A DNA stretch of 64,000 bases from an uncultured Chlamydiales bacterium (GCA_963700985.1 OY969554.1:1888001-1952000); one strand, 5' to 3'; positions 20,228 to 30,197 are shown, counted from the first letter of the stretch. Notes: generated by a model not told the origin, from the letters alone. Program-made: numbers and translations.

Positions 20228-20845
20228 ATGGCGAATCCAGCACCTTATAAACTTCCTGAACTTCCTTACGATTTCAATGCTTTAGAGCCTGTGATTTCTG
20301 CTGAGATCATGCAGCTGCACTATACAAAGCATCATCAAACCTATGTAAATAACTTGAATGCTGCTTTAGAAAAATATCATGAAGCCGAAGCTAAGGGTGA
20401 TCTTGCCGCGATGATTTCCCTTCAACAGGCGATCAAATTTAACGGCGGTGGGCACGTCAATCACAGTATTTTTTGGACAAACTTGGCTCCTCCTTCAAAA
20501 GGAGGCGGAGAAGCTCCAAAAGGGCATCTTTTAGAAGCGATTCAAAGAGATTTTGGGGCTTTCGAAACTTTTGTTGAAAAGTTGAGCTCTCAAGCTGTTG
20601 CTATTCAAGGATCGGGCTGGGGCTGGTTGGGATACAACAAAACTGAAAAAAAACTTGTTGTTGCTACCTGTGCAAATCAAGATCCTTTAAGCACGCAGAA
20701 CTTTGTGCCTCTTTTAGGAATTGACGTGTGGGAGCATGCCTACTATCTCCAATATAAAAACGTTCGCGCAGACTATGTAAAAAATCTTTGGAAGATTGTG
20801 AATTGGAAAAATATTGAAGAACGTTTTATCAATGCAAGGACTTAA
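20228..20845 (+). CDS. sodA: Fe/Mn superoxide dismutase (Mn-type signature)
   Basis: Motifs [28 protein letters not shown] and [11 protein letters not shown]. Confidence 0.93.
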   Translation: MANPAPYKLPELPYDFNALEPVISAEIMQLHYTKHHQTYVNNLNAALEKYHEAEAKGDLAAMISLQQAIKFNGGGHVNHSIFWTNLAPPSKGGGEAPKGHLLEAIQRDFGAFETFVEKLSSQAVAIQGSGWGWLGYNKTEKKLVVATCANQDPLSTQNFVPLLGIDVWEHAYYLQYKNVRADYVKNLWKIVNWKNIEERFINART

Positions 20846-20914
20846 TTAACTTGTTTTATTTTAAAAACTTTGCTAATTTTGTCTTTTAATTAATTAAATT
20901 GTTTTTTCTATTTT

Positions 20915-21874
20915 ATGGGACTATTTTCTAGAAATAAGCCTAAGATCAAAGTCGCTACGACTAAGAAAGATGGCTATAGCGGATGGGTTAAATGTACGCA
21001 CTGTCATGAACTAATTCATGCCAAGGAATTACAACAAAATCAGCACTGCTGTCCAAAGTGCGATCATCACTACCGACTATCCGCAGCACAGCGCGTCGAA
21101 CTTCTGGCTGATAATGGAAGCTTCGTCGAATTTTTTGTTGGGCTTAAGCCTACTGATCCTCTTACCTTTGTAGATACAGAAGCGTATACCGATCGCATCA
21201 AAAATGCACAGGAGAAGTCAGGCCGAGATGAAGCTGCTATGGTGGGAACATGTACGCTGCATGGCTTGCAGATTGCGCTTGGCGTTTTAGATTTTAGCTT
21301 CATGGGTGGATCGATGGGTTCTGTGGTTGGAGAGCGCTTAACACGTCTTATTGAATACGCCTTAGATGAAAAACTTCCTTTAGTAATTGTTTCGGCTTCT
21401 GGTGGTGCGCGCATGCAAGAGTCGATCTTTTCTTTAATGCAGATGGCTAAAACATCCGCAGCACTTGCTCGCTTGCACGGAGAGGGCCTTCCTTATTTCT
21501 CAGTACTCACCAATCCTACAACCGGCGGCGTTACAGCTTCTTTTGCTGCTTTAGGCGATGTGATTATCGCAGAACCTGAAGCGTTAATCGGCTTTGCTGG
21601 GCCGCGTGTTGTAGAGCAAACAATCCGGCAAAAATTGCCGCCTGGCGCTCAAAAATCAGAATTTCTCTTAGAAAAAGGGATGATCGATTGCATTGTTAAT
21701 CGACATGCATTAAAAGATAAGCTATACACCTTGATCGAGTTCTTCACAGGTAACGAGCGCTCCTATCATTTTGACAAGGCGCTTTCGGAACAGGCGATGC
21801 AGAAGCTTCCTCAGAAGCTTAAAGAGTTGCTTGCTCTAGCCGAAGAAAATGAACTCGCTTCAGAGTTGAAATAA
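20915..21874 (+). CDS. accD: Acetyl-CoA carboxylase carboxyltransferase beta subunit
   Basis: C4 zinc finger, FMGGSMGSVVGE, SGGARMQES and GFAGPRVVEQT. Confidence 0.97.
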   Translation: MGLFSRNKPKIKVATTKKDGYSGWVKCTHCHELIHAKELQQNQHCCPKCDHHYRLSAAQRVELLADNGSFVEFFVGLKPTDPLTFVDTEAYTDRIKNAQEKSGRDEAAMVGTCTLHGLQIALGVLDFSFMGGSMGSVVGERLTRLIEYALDEKLPLVIVSASGGARMQESIFSLMQMAKTSAALARLHGEGLPYFSVLTNPTTGGVTASFAALGDVIIAEPEALIGFAGPRVVEQTIRQKLPPGAQKSEFLLEKGMIDCIVNRHALKDKLYTLIEFFTGNERSYHFDKALSEQAMQKLPQKLKELLALAEENELASELK

Positions 21875-21886
21875 GGCTTATTTATC

Positions 21887-22345
21887 ATGGACACTACTCT
21901 ATCCGACACAGTGGAGATTTCCACTATTGCCGCAAAGGAAGAATATCTTCCTATGTACGGTTCTGCGCAAGCTGCTGGTGCCGATGTGCGCGCTTGCATT
22001 AAAGAAGACCTGATCATTGAATCTGGTTGTTCGCTATTGATTCCCACTGGGCTTAAGTTTGCGATTCCTGCAGGGTATGAGATTCAAGTGAGACCACGCA
22101 GCGGGCTTGCATTAAAGCACGGGATTACGGTGCTCAACTCTCCAGGGACGATCGATGCCGATTACCGTGGCGAGCTAGCAGTCATTTTGATCAACCATGG
22201 CAAGCAGCCTTTTGTAGTAACCCCAGGCATGCGTATCGCACAGATTGTCGTAGCTTCTGTTGTCACTGCTCAATTTCTAAGAGTAGAAAATTTGGACTCA
22301 ACATCGCGAGGAGAGGGGGGATTTGGTCATACTGGCACGAATTAA
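21887..22345 (+). CDS. dut: dUTP diphosphatase
   Basis: Motifs [16 protein letters not shown] and [10 protein letters not shown]. Confidence 0.97.
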   Translation: MDTTLSDTVEISTIAAKEEYLPMYGSAQAAGADVRACIKEDLIIESGCSLLIPTGLKFAIPAGYEIQVRPRSGLALKHGITVLNSPGTIDADYRGELAVILINHGKQPFVVTPGMRIAQIVVASVVTAQFLRVENLDSTSRGEGGFGHTGTN

Positions 22346-22403
22346 CCATCAGATCTCTTCCGGAATTGGGGGATTTAAACGGCGTTTTAAACGGGTAGAT
22401 AAA

Positions 22404-22850
22404 GTGACGATCACCAGATATTTAGATGCGCGTCTTATCTCATTTTTAGATCTTTCTACACGCGATGAAGCTCTTCGTGCACTGGTCGATAATTTAGACC
22501 GCACAGGCAAACTTCATGACAAAGAAGCTTTTTTTGATGCGATTTTAGAGAGAGAAAAAATCGTATCTACAGGTGTAGGCATGGGTGTGGCTATTCCTCA
22601 TGCAAAACTAGAAGGTTACAGAGACTTTTTTATTGCCGTCGGAATTCAGAAGCGTGGAATAGAGTGGAATGCGTTGGACGGAGCGCCTGTTCGAGTCATT
22701 TTTATGATTGGCGGCCCAGACAATAAACAAACAGATTACCTCTATATTCTCTCGAAGCTCACGATGGCGATCAAAGATGAAGATAGACGTAAAAAGCTTT
22801 TCAAGGCAAAAACAGCCGAAGAGGTCATCGCTCTATTTGAAGGGTGGTGA
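22404..22850 (+). CDS. ptsN: PTS EIIA (Ntr-type) protein
   Basis: Phospho-His motif REKIVSTGVGMGVAIPHA. GTG start inferred. Confidence 0.88.
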   Translation: MTITRYLDARLISFLDLSTRDEALRALVDNLDRTGKLHDKEAFFDAILEREKIVSTGVGMGVAIPHAKLEGYRDFFIAVGIQKRGIEWNALDGAPVRVIFMIGGPDNKQTDYLYILSKLTMAIKDEDRRKKLFKAKTAEEVIALFEGW

Positions 22851-22880
22851 GGTTTAATAAAGAAATTCTGAGGAGGAGAT

Positions 22881-23627
22881 ATGGATCTTAAAGTCAAAGA
22901 TGTAGCTGAACTTCTCAACGTTTCTGAAAAGACTATTCGCCGCTGGCTTACTGCCGGCAAAATTCCTGCCTATCGCCTAAATCAACAGATCCGTTTCAGC
23001 CGTAGCGAAATTGAAAATTGGATGATGGGTTCTAAACAAGGCTCTCCGAATAGAGAGGGTTTCTCACCATTCGATGAGCAGTCTCTCGATTTGGATATCC
23101 AGGATAAAAAAGATGCTTCTCTGATGCAAAAAGGTGGCCCTCAACAATTCAGTCTCTATCGCGCTGTGCATAACGGGGGAATCTACACCGATATTTCAGG
23201 CGATACAAAAGAAGAAGTGATTCGTTCGGCTATGAAAATCGTAGCTCCAAGGCTTAATCTCGATCCAGAAGTCTTATCAGAACTTCTGCTCGATCGTGAA
23301 AAACTGATGCCTACCGCTTTTGGTCATGGCGTCGGCGTGCCGCATGCGCGCGACTTTCTTCTTCAGCAGCCAAAAGACATGGTAGTTGTTGTCTTTCCAA
23401 AAAAGCCTTTAGAATATGGCGCTTTAGACGGCTTGCCAGTACATACGCTTTTCTTTCTCTTCTCGAGCAATGATAAGCGCCACTTGCACCTATTAGCAAA
23501 ACTCGCGCACCTCAGCAGCGATCCAAAAGGTCTTGAGCTTCTACGTAGCAGACCTTCTGAAACAGATCTGCTCAACTTCATCCGCCAGTGGGAAATCCAA
23601 CAAGTCCGCCAGCCCGCTGAAGTCTAA
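22881..23627 (+). CDS. ptsN: PTS EIIA protein with N-terminal excisionase-like HTH
   Basis: HTH VKDVAELLNVSEKTIRRW followed by EIIA motif REKLMPTAFGHGVGVPHA. GGAGGAG RBS upstream. Confidence 0.88.
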   Translation: MDLKVKDVAELLNVSEKTIRRWLTAGKIPAYRLNQQIRFSRSEIENWMMGSKQGSPNREGFSPFDEQSLDLDIQDKKDASLMQKGGPQQFSLYRAVHNGGIYTDISGDTKEEVIRSAMKIVAPRLNLDPEVLSELLLDREKLMPTAFGHGVGVPHARDFLLQQPKDMVVVVFPKKPLEYGALDGLPVHTLFFLFSSNDKRHLHLLAKLAHLSSDPKGLELLRSRPSETDLLNFIRQWEIQQVRQPAEV

Positions 23628-23730
23628 AAAAATCTTGTGCGCGCGCCTCATCTAAGGTGCTCAATTTTATCCGTCAGGGGAAAATTAACAAGTCCGTCAG
23701 TTCTCTAAAAATTAAAAAATAAAGTTTAAT

Positions 23731-23798
23731 TCTGACTATTCTGCAGCAGTTTGCAGAAAAGTCATGACTATTTTGCAAACTGTTGCAAAATAGTCAGA
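23731..23798. repeat. Two adjacent 32-bp palindromes forming a 68-bp inverted repeat
   Basis: TGACTATTCTGCAG-CAGT-TTGCAGAAAAGTCA (23733-23764) abuts TGACTATTTTGCAA-ACTG-TTGCAAAATAGTCA (23765-23796). Confidence 0.85.
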
Positions 23799-23892
23799 TT
23801 TAGGTTGTGCTGTGGAATTTCTGGGCTAGCCCGAATTATCGACTATTTGTATACTCGCTCCTTTTTTATCAAAACCAAAGTTGAGAAAAAAC

Positions 23893-25359
23893 ATGTCTAA
23901 GGGTTTATTCGCAAAGAAGACAATTAAATCTCTCATAGATGAAGCAGCAGAAAGAAAGTCTGGGATGAAACGGACCCTAGGCCCATTAAATCTTACCATG
24001 ATGGGTATCGGTGCAATCATCGGGGGCGGGATTTTCGTAATGACAGGACAAGCTGCAGCACAATATGCCGGTCCTGGAATTGTGCTCTCTTTTGTTTTAG
24101 CGGCCTTTGTCTGCTTACTTGTGGCTCTTTGCTACGCTGAATTTGCCTCGCTTATCCCGATTGCCGGAAGCGCTTACTCTTACGCTTATGCAACCATGGG
24201 CGAGTTTGTAGCTTGGACGATCGGCTGGTGCGTCGCATTAGAGTATTTATTTTCCTCTTCTACTGTGGCGGTAGGCTGGTCGGCCTACTTTGTGAGTTTG
24301 CTGCGCGACTGGGGAATCACGATTCCGTCGGCCTTTTCTCAAGCTCCTTTGTCCTATGATGCTGTCTTGGGTTGGCAAGCAACAGGCGCTATTCTCAATC
24401 TTCCTGCGCTCTGCATTATGGCTATAATTGGAACACTGATCGCATTGGGAATCAAGCTCGCATCTGAAGTTAATACTATTCTGGTCATTGTAAAAATGGC
24501 TGTGATTGTGCTTTTTATCGCGTGTGGAGTGGCCTTTATTTCTACGGAAAACTGGGGCTCTTTTATCCCACAAAACACCGGTGTCTTCGGACAATTTGGC
24601 TGGAGTGGAATTTTAAGAGGAGCTGGTGTGGTGTTCTTTGCTTTCATCGGTTTTGATGCCGTTTCAACTCTGGCTCAAGAAGCGAAAGATCCGCAAAAAG
24701 ATATGCCTATCGGGATGTTAGGTTCACTCGGGATCTCTACACTGGTTTACGTGGTTATCGCTCTGGTTCTGACCGGGATTGTTAGCTACACCATGCTCAA
24801 CGTGCCAGATCCAATCGCAGTAGCTGTAAACGCACTTGGGCCTAAATTTATCTGGCTCAGAGTCGTTTCAAAGATCGCTATTTTGGCAGGCCTTACTTCT
24901 GTTGTGCTGGTAATGTTACTCGGCCAAACTCGAATTTTCTACACGATGGCGCATGATGGACTTCTTCCTTCTATTTTTGGGAAGATCCACCCACGTTTTC
25001 ATACACCTTTCTTTAGCACAGGTCTGATCACGTTCATTGCGATGACCATCGCAGCTGTTTTTCCAGTTGGTATCTTAGGGCAGCTAGTTTGCATTGGAAC
25101 GCTGCTTATCTTTGGTATCGTTTGTTTCGGCGTGCTGGTGTTGAGATATAAGCAACCACTGCTCCATCGCCCATTTAAAACGCCTTTCGTGCCATGGGTT
25201 CCGCTCGTTGGTACATTGGCATGCTTAGGGTTAATGCTGGGTCTGCCAGCTGTAACCTGGGTGCAACTCTTGGCATGGATTGTTCTCGGTTGCCTGGTCT
25301 ATTTCCAGTATGGACAAAAGCATAGCCGCGTGCGCCTTGCTCTGAACAAAAAGAAATAA
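23893..25359 (+). CDS. APC-superfamily amino acid permease (cationic amino acid transporter-like)
   Basis: Motifs GIGAIIGGGIF, LCYAEFAS, AGSAYSY and FFAFIGFDAV. Confidence 0.92.
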   Translation: MSKGLFAKKTIKSLIDEAAERKSGMKRTLGPLNLTMMGIGAIIGGGIFVMTGQAAAQYAGPGIVLSFVLAAFVCLLVALCYAEFASLIPIAGSAYSYAYATMGEFVAWTIGWCVALEYLFSSSTVAVGWSAYFVSLLRDWGITIPSAFSQAPLSYDAVLGWQATGAILNLPALCIMAIIGTLIALGIKLASEVNTILVIVKMAVIVLFIACGVAFISTENWGSFIPQNTGVFGQFGWSGILRGAGVVFFAFIGFDAVSTLAQEAKDPQKDMPIGMLGSLGISTLVYVVIALVLTGIVSYTMLNVPDPIAVAVNALGPKFIWLRVVSKIAILAGLTSVVLVMLLGQTRIFYTMAHDGLLPSIFGKIHPRFHTPFFSTGLITFIAMTIAAVFPVGILGQLVCIGTLLIFGIVCFGVLVLRYKQPLLHRPFKTPFVPWVPLVGTLACLGLMLGLPAVTWVQLLAWIVLGCLVYFQYGQKHSRVRLALNKKK

Positions 25360-25367
25360 GTAAATCA

Positions 25368-25476
25368 AATCACAGGGATCACAAAGAACATAGAGTTGAA
25401 GAGGTGACAGTCATTTTTTCCTTAAATGTAAAATGACTTCTTCTTTAAAGCTGTGTTCTTTGTGATTCCTGTGGTT
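25368..25476. repeat. Long imperfect intergenic hairpin (REP-like) between convergent genes
   Basis: Arms AATCACAGGGATCACAAAGAACATAG and CTGTGTTCTTTGTGATTCCTGTGGTT match at 23/26. Inner stem AGTCATTTT/AAAATGACT. Confidence 0.8.
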
Positions 25477-25478
25477 GG

Positions 25479-27026
25479 CTATTCGGATGCGAGCACTGGA
25501 GTGTCCTTTCGAGAACCTGTGGGAGAAGTATCTCTGGCGAAAAAAAGAAGAAGACAGAGCAGTACAAATCCCCATCCCATCACATAGAAACAGTCGTTAA
25601 TCGCTAAAAGTGCCGCCTGATTGTCAACTGCCTGGTTGAGCAAATTAAGCGCCGGAGCTTGTGTTACTCCCGCTTGCGACGCTTCTTGGAAAAATGCAGC
25701 AGAATTCGGCGTATATTCGGTTATAGCTTCGCCCAATCTTTCGTGATGAAAATAGGTGCGTCTAGTCCACATCGTGGTAAAAATCGATGTCCCAATGCCT
25801 CCGCTAACAGCACGTACAAAGTGAAAGAGACTCGCCGCATTTGCAAGTCGCGAATCTGGTACGTCTTGTACGCTCATGCCGATTAGAGGTGTGATGAAAA
25901 AGATAAAACCAAAACCCAATAATAGTCTTGAAAAGGCTACGTGGTATATGTCGACATCGGTAGTGAAAAAAGCTGTATAGAAAGAGGCGATGCCAAAGCA
26001 GAGAAAGGCAGAGGCTAAGGGAAGGAGCTTTCCAAAACGTTTGAGAACCATTGGGACAAAAGGCGTAAAGAAAATAGGTGCTATTCCTACGGGAGCTACG
26101 GCAATTCCAGCCCAGGGAGAGGTGTATCCCATGTTGGTTTGCAGCCAAAGAGGGATGAGTACGACTGAGCCGAAATACATTCCGTAAGAGATAAAAATAC
26201 AGACAAGTGAGATCCAAAAACTGCGGATTTTGGCGAGCTTTAAATCGAGCAATGGACGAGGATGCGTCACCTCCCAAATGACCAGAAAACTCAGGCTAAT
26301 TAAAGTGGCAGTAGACAAGATACGGATTAAGGGTGAACGCCACCAATCCCATTGCTGACCTTTATCTAAAAATACCTGCAGACATGACATGCCTATGGTC
26401 AGCAAGATTAGTCCCACCACTTCCAAGGGAACTTTTTCGATTTTTTCCTTATGTCCGCCGATCATGCGCCAGATGAAAAAAGCAGCGATAAGTCCCACCG
26501 GAACGTTAATAAAAAAGATCCAAGGCCATTTATAGTCGAAGGTGAGCCAGCCGCCTAAAATTGGGCCAATGACGGGGCCGACTACCACCACCATGCTCCA
26601 GAAAGCCATTGCCATGTTGCGCTTTTCGGGCGGATTATATTGAAGAATAAGCGTCTGGCTAATGGGAATAAGAGGTCCTGCCACAGCACCCTGCAGAAAG
26701 CGCGCGAAGACCAAGAGTGCAAAATTTCTGGAAGCACCGCACACCCATGAAAGGGCTACAAAGAGCAGAAGCGAGATGAGCAAAAGTCGTATGGCGCCAA
26801 TGCGTTTGGTGAGCCACCCCGAAATTGCCAATACAATGCCGTTACCTACGGCAAAAGACGTAATGACATAGGTGCCCTGGTCTGAGCTTACGCCTAGATC
26901 TCCTGCGATGTAGGGAATTGAAACGTTAGCAATCGAATAGTCTAGCACAATCATGAAGGTAGCAAGCGCCAACATGATATTGAGAAATTTTAGCATCGCT
27001 GGAGAGAGGGGAGTATTTCCGTTCAT
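25479..27026 (-). CDS. emrB: DHA2-family MFS efflux permease (EmrB-like)
   Basis: Motifs LDYSIANVSIP, RFLQG, GPILGGWLT, WPWIFFINVPVG and LDKGQQWDW. Confidence 0.92.
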   Translation of the reverse strand: MNGNTPLSPAMLKFLNIMLALATFMIVLDYSIANVSIPYIAGDLGVSSDQGTYVITSFAVGNGIVLAISGWLTKRIGAIRLLLISLLLFVALSWVCGASRNFALLVFARFLQGAVAGPLIPISQTLILQYNPPEKRNMAMAFWSMVVVVGPVIGPILGGWLTFDYKWPWIFFINVPVGLIAAFFIWRMIGGHKEKIEKVPLEVVGLILLTIGMSCLQVFLDKGQQWDWWRSPLIRILSTATLISLSFLVIWEVTHPRPLLDLKLAKIRSFWISLVCIFISYGMYFGSVVLIPLWLQTNMGYTSPWAGIAVAPVGIAPIFFTPFVPMVLKRFGKLLPLASAFLCFGIASFYTAFFTTDVDIYHVAFSRLLLGFGFIFFITPLIGMSVQDVPDSRLANAASLFHFVRAVSGGIGTSIFTTMWTRRTYFHHERLGEAITEYTPNSAAFFQEASQAGVTQAPALNLLNQAVDNQAALLAINDCFYVMGWGFVLLCLLLFFARDTSPTGSRKDTPVLASE

Positions 27027-28303
27027 TTATTTCCAGAAGGCTGCGCCAGAAGATTCTGGTAATACGCTTCGTCTAAGAAAACTGGAGAGACGTTAGCTTC
27101 GATGATTCCATCGATGATTTTGTCGATGCCAACTAGCTGCGTGTCGAAGATATCCGTTTCATAAACCGGTGCTGGAGATTTTGCGTAAGGAAGGGAGCTT
27201 CCTTGAGTATTATGTATGTCGACCTTGACCTCTAAGGAAAGTCCAAGCCTTAGTGGATGATTGATGATCTCATCCGCGTCAAGCGTAATACGTACGGGGA
27301 GACGCTGGACGATTTTGATCCAGTTACCCGTCGCATTTTGAGGGGGGATAATCGAAAAAACGCTGCCTGTTCCGCCAGCAATGCCGATTACTTTGCCGTG
27401 ATAGACAACTGAGTGACCATAAATATCAGCGGTCATTTTAACCGGTTGCCCAATCTTCATTTTTCTAAGTTGCGTCTCTTTGAAGTTGGCATATACCCAG
27501 ATTTGATCCAGTGGGATGATAGCCAGCATATTTCCAGCCGCTTCAACACGCTCACCTACTTGGACATTTCGTTGAGCGACCATTCCTGTTACCGGGGCAT
27601 AGATCCTGCAGCGATTCAACTGGACATAAGCTTCTTTAAGCTGCTCTTGTGCAACTTGGACAGTTGGGTGTGAAACTACCGTGGTTCTTTCTACCTGAGC
27701 TATGGCTGAAACCAGGCTATGTTCCGTATCGATCAATGACGCAAAGGCAGAGCGCAAATCTGCTTCAGAGTGTTCGAAATCTTCTATGGAGACGCCGCCT
27801 GATTGCACTAAGTTTTTGCGGTGTTCATAATCTAGAGCGCTTTTCCAAAGAACGGCCTTTTGCATCTCGACTTCAGCTTTAAGCTCTCCTACTTTTTCAA
27901 AAGAGGAGATGGCATAACGCAGCGCTTCGGCGAGCTCAGCTTTCTTTTGCTCGTATGCGATTGCAAAATCGGTTGGATCGAGCTCGACGATTAGTTGGTT
28001 TTTTTCGACAATGTCCGTTTCATCCGCATTGATCGAGGTTACAATTCCCGCAATCTGTGGCGTCAGCGAGACCATATTTCCGGCCACGTACGCATCGTCG
28101 GTATACTCTTCAAAACGCAGCCACCCCCACCAGTAGATAAAGATTGCTGCTGCAATAAGCAGTGTAATTAAAACATAGCCCCAGAGCCACGCTTTGCGGT
28201 GTGGCGAGCCTTTAGGGGCTGTGGATTCTGCAGGCTTAGATTCGGGTGCTTGGGGAGTTATAGGAGGAGCTGTAGGTCCTGGTAGTAGGGTTGGTTCAGC
28301 CAT
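27023..28303 (-). CDS. emrA: EmrA-like membrane fusion (HlyD-family) protein
   Basis: Motifs TDDAYV, ANFKETQL and PPQNATGNWIKIVQRLPVRI. Confidence 0.93.
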   Translation of the reverse strand: MAEPTLLPGPTAPPITPQAPESKPAESTAPKGSPHRKAWLWGYVLITLLIAAAIFIYWWGWLRFEEYTDDAYVAGNMVSLTPQIAGIVTSINADETDIVEKNQLIVELDPTDFAIAYEQKKAELAEALRYAISSFEKVGELKAEVEMQKAVLWKSALDYEHRKNLVQSGGVSIEDFEHSEADLRSAFASLIDTEHSLVSAIAQVERTTVVSHPTVQVAQEQLKEAYVQLNRCRIYAPVTGMVAQRNVQVGERVEAAGNMLAIIPLDQIWVYANFKETQLRKMKIGQPVKMTADIYGHSVVYHGKVIGIAGGTGSVFSIIPPQNATGNWIKIVQRLPVRITLDADEIINHPLRLGLSLEVKVDIHNTQGSSLPYAKSPAPVYETDIFDTQLVGIDKIIDGIIEANVSPVFLDEAYYQNLLAQPSGNK

Positions 28304-29774
28304 TGGTTTCTCCTCCTTTCGAAGGTGTAAGAGGGGATGTTGTATTATATCCGCCGCCGAGTCCTTTGATGAGATTTACGAGAGCTTCGCGCTGCATCAA
28401 TTTTAGATCGATTAGCTGAATCTCGACGTCGAATAATTTCTCTTCGGTTTCAAGCGCTTCCAAATAGGGGGAAACGCCTTCTGCGTAGCGCAGGAGACTG
28501 AGCTCCGTATGGCTGCGTAAATTCTCCACAGTTAGCTGCTGAATACGCAACTGATCTTCGAGTTTAAGCAGGATGGTGAGCTGATCGACAACCTCTTTTG
28601 CTGCATTGAGCAGAGTGCTGTGATAAGAGGCCGTAGCTTGATGGAATTCTGCCCACTTTTCGCGCAGATTCGCTTGCAATCGCCCGCCGGTATAAATTGG
28701 CAGAGAAAGAGCAGGAATAAGCCCTGCAGCTCTATTCGACCATGAGAAGAGCTTGCCAATGTGCACACTTTCAAAGCCTGCTAGCGCGAATAAATTTAAA
28801 TCAGGATAGAAGTCGGCGCGTGCCGCTCCAATCTCATTTGCAACAGATTCGACTTGCCAGATAGATGCCATGAGATCGGGACGTCTAGATAAGAGATTTA
28901 ATGATAGATCCGAAGGCAGTGAGACCTTTTCTTCAAAGGGAATATGCAGCACTTCCAAGATGTTAGCGCTATCTGGCGTATGACCCATCAGCACTCTGAC
29001 CACGTGATCACTCAGTTCAATGCTCTGCTCGTTAATCGAGATCGCCTTTTCAATTTCTAGCAGATCCTGATCTGCTTCAAGCAGATCGATCTGTGTGTCT
29101 AAGCCATAAGCACGGCGTAGCTCATGCAGATGCAAAAGCGATCGGCGGCGTTGTGCTGTTTTCTTTAGCAGAGAGTTCCTTTCGATGTCCGCTTGCAGTT
29201 CAAAATAGCCTTTGGCTACCGCAGCTCCCAATGTGAGACGGACATCGGCACTCTCGGCTTGCTGAGCTTGAAGAAGGTTCAACGCCGCTTTGTAGCGGAA
29301 GCGATTCTTGCCAAAAAAATCGAGATCATAAGAGAGGTTAAGCACAACCCATGTATCATCCACCGTTCCTGGAATAGGCGGAGCATATGCACGGAAAAAG
29401 CCGGTTTTACTCAGATGCGTTAAGAGATTTCCGGCATCTAAATTTAAATTAGGGAGAATAGAGGCGCGTTGCTGCTTGGCATATTCCCTTGCCATGATCA
29501 CTTTGGCGTCTGCTTGTTGTAGGGTAGGGCTTCCACCGAGAGCTGCTCTGATGTAAGCCGCGAGCTGAGGATCGTTAAACATCTCCCACCACTCTTCGGA
29601 GGGCCAATCACCAGGCGTAAAGAGCGGGCTCTCACTAGCTCTTGCTAGAGAATTCGACAGAGTTGGAGTTTCTTGCAGGCTGCTTTCGATATCTTTTTTG
29701 GGGACGGACATGCAGCTGTGCAGAGCAATTAGCACAAGCAGAGCAGAGATGCGTTTTGTCCGATTGAAAAACAT
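28296..29774 (-). CDS. Outer-membrane efflux lipoprotein (NodT/TolC family); frame also open from 29972 through the palindromic element
   Basis: Lipoprotein-like signal MFFNRTKRISALLVLIALHSC, and motifs WWEMFNDPQL, LLSRRPD, ARADFYP and LIKGLGGG. Confidence 0.9.
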   Translation of the reverse strand: MFFNRTKRISALLVLIALHSCMSVPKKDIESSLQETPTLSNSLARASESPLFTPGDWPSEEWWEMFNDPQLAAYIRAALGGSPTLQQADAKVIMAREYAKQQRASILPNLNLDAGNLLTHLSKTGFFRAYAPPIPGTVDDTWVVLNLSYDLDFFGKNRFRYKAALNLLQAQQAESADVRLTLGAAVAKGYFELQADIERNSLLKKTAQRRRSLLHLHELRRAYGLDTQIDLLEADQDLLEIEKAISINEQSIELSDHVVRVLMGHTPDSANILEVLHIPFEEKVSLPSDLSLNLLSRRPDLMASIWQVESVANEIGAARADFYPDLNLFALAGFESVHIGKLFSWSNRAAGLIPALSLPIYTGGRLQANLREKWAEFHQATASYHSTLLNAAKEVVDQLTILLKLEDQLRIQQLTVENLRSHTELSLLRYAEGVSPYLEALETEEKLFDVEIQLIDLKLMQREALVNLIKGLGGGYNTTSPLTPSKGGETNG

Positions 29775-29777
29775 ACG

Positions 29778-29961
29778 AGACTTCTTTCGAAACTCCATTT
29801 GCACGCTAAAATCGCCCTTTTTTCTCTGGTTTTTATCACGCCTTCTCACCGACCCACTTCGGGGTCGCCTCGTCAGCGCGATTCGAGCCGATAAATCAGC
29901 TCTAAGAACCAGAGAAAAAATCATCGATTTTTTCGCGCAAAGCGAGTTTTGAAAGAAGTCT
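29778..29961. mobile_element. 184-bp palindromic MITE-like element, copy 2
   Basis: About 90% identical by eye to 19031-19215. Terminal repeats AGACTTCTTTCGAAACTC/GAGTTTTGAAAGAAGTCT match at 17/18. Confidence 0.9.
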
Positions 29962-30082
29962 GAGTCCCCCATACTCTTCCATAATGTAAAATAATTATTT
30001 TAGGAAGTGGGAAAATGCAAGATCAGAAAGTAGGGGAGATCTCGTATGCAACTACCGAGCAGCTGTTAATAGAATAGAAAAA

Positions 30083-30180
30083 ACAAGATAAGCAGGATCG
30101 GGGAAGATATAGAGGATAAATTTTATCTTACATCCTGTTTATCTTATCGCTTGCGATCCTGCACATCTTGTAAATGATTT
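30083..30180. repeat. Imperfect intergenic palindrome (CAGGAT/ATCCTG type)
   Basis: ACAAGATAAGCAGGATC...GATCCTGCACATCTTGT. The reverse complement of 30155-30180 matches 18582-18607 at 23/26. Confidence 0.65.
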
Positions 30181-30197
30181 TATTCAAGAGAATCATA

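Noticed and set aside
23731-23798. Possible CRISPR repeats (32-bp palindromic units)
   Set aside because: Only two abutting units with no spacer, and no cas genes in the window.
29698-29952. 84-aa ORF similar to the end of ORF 18651-19139
   Set aside because: The similarity is just the translated palindromic element, not a protein family.
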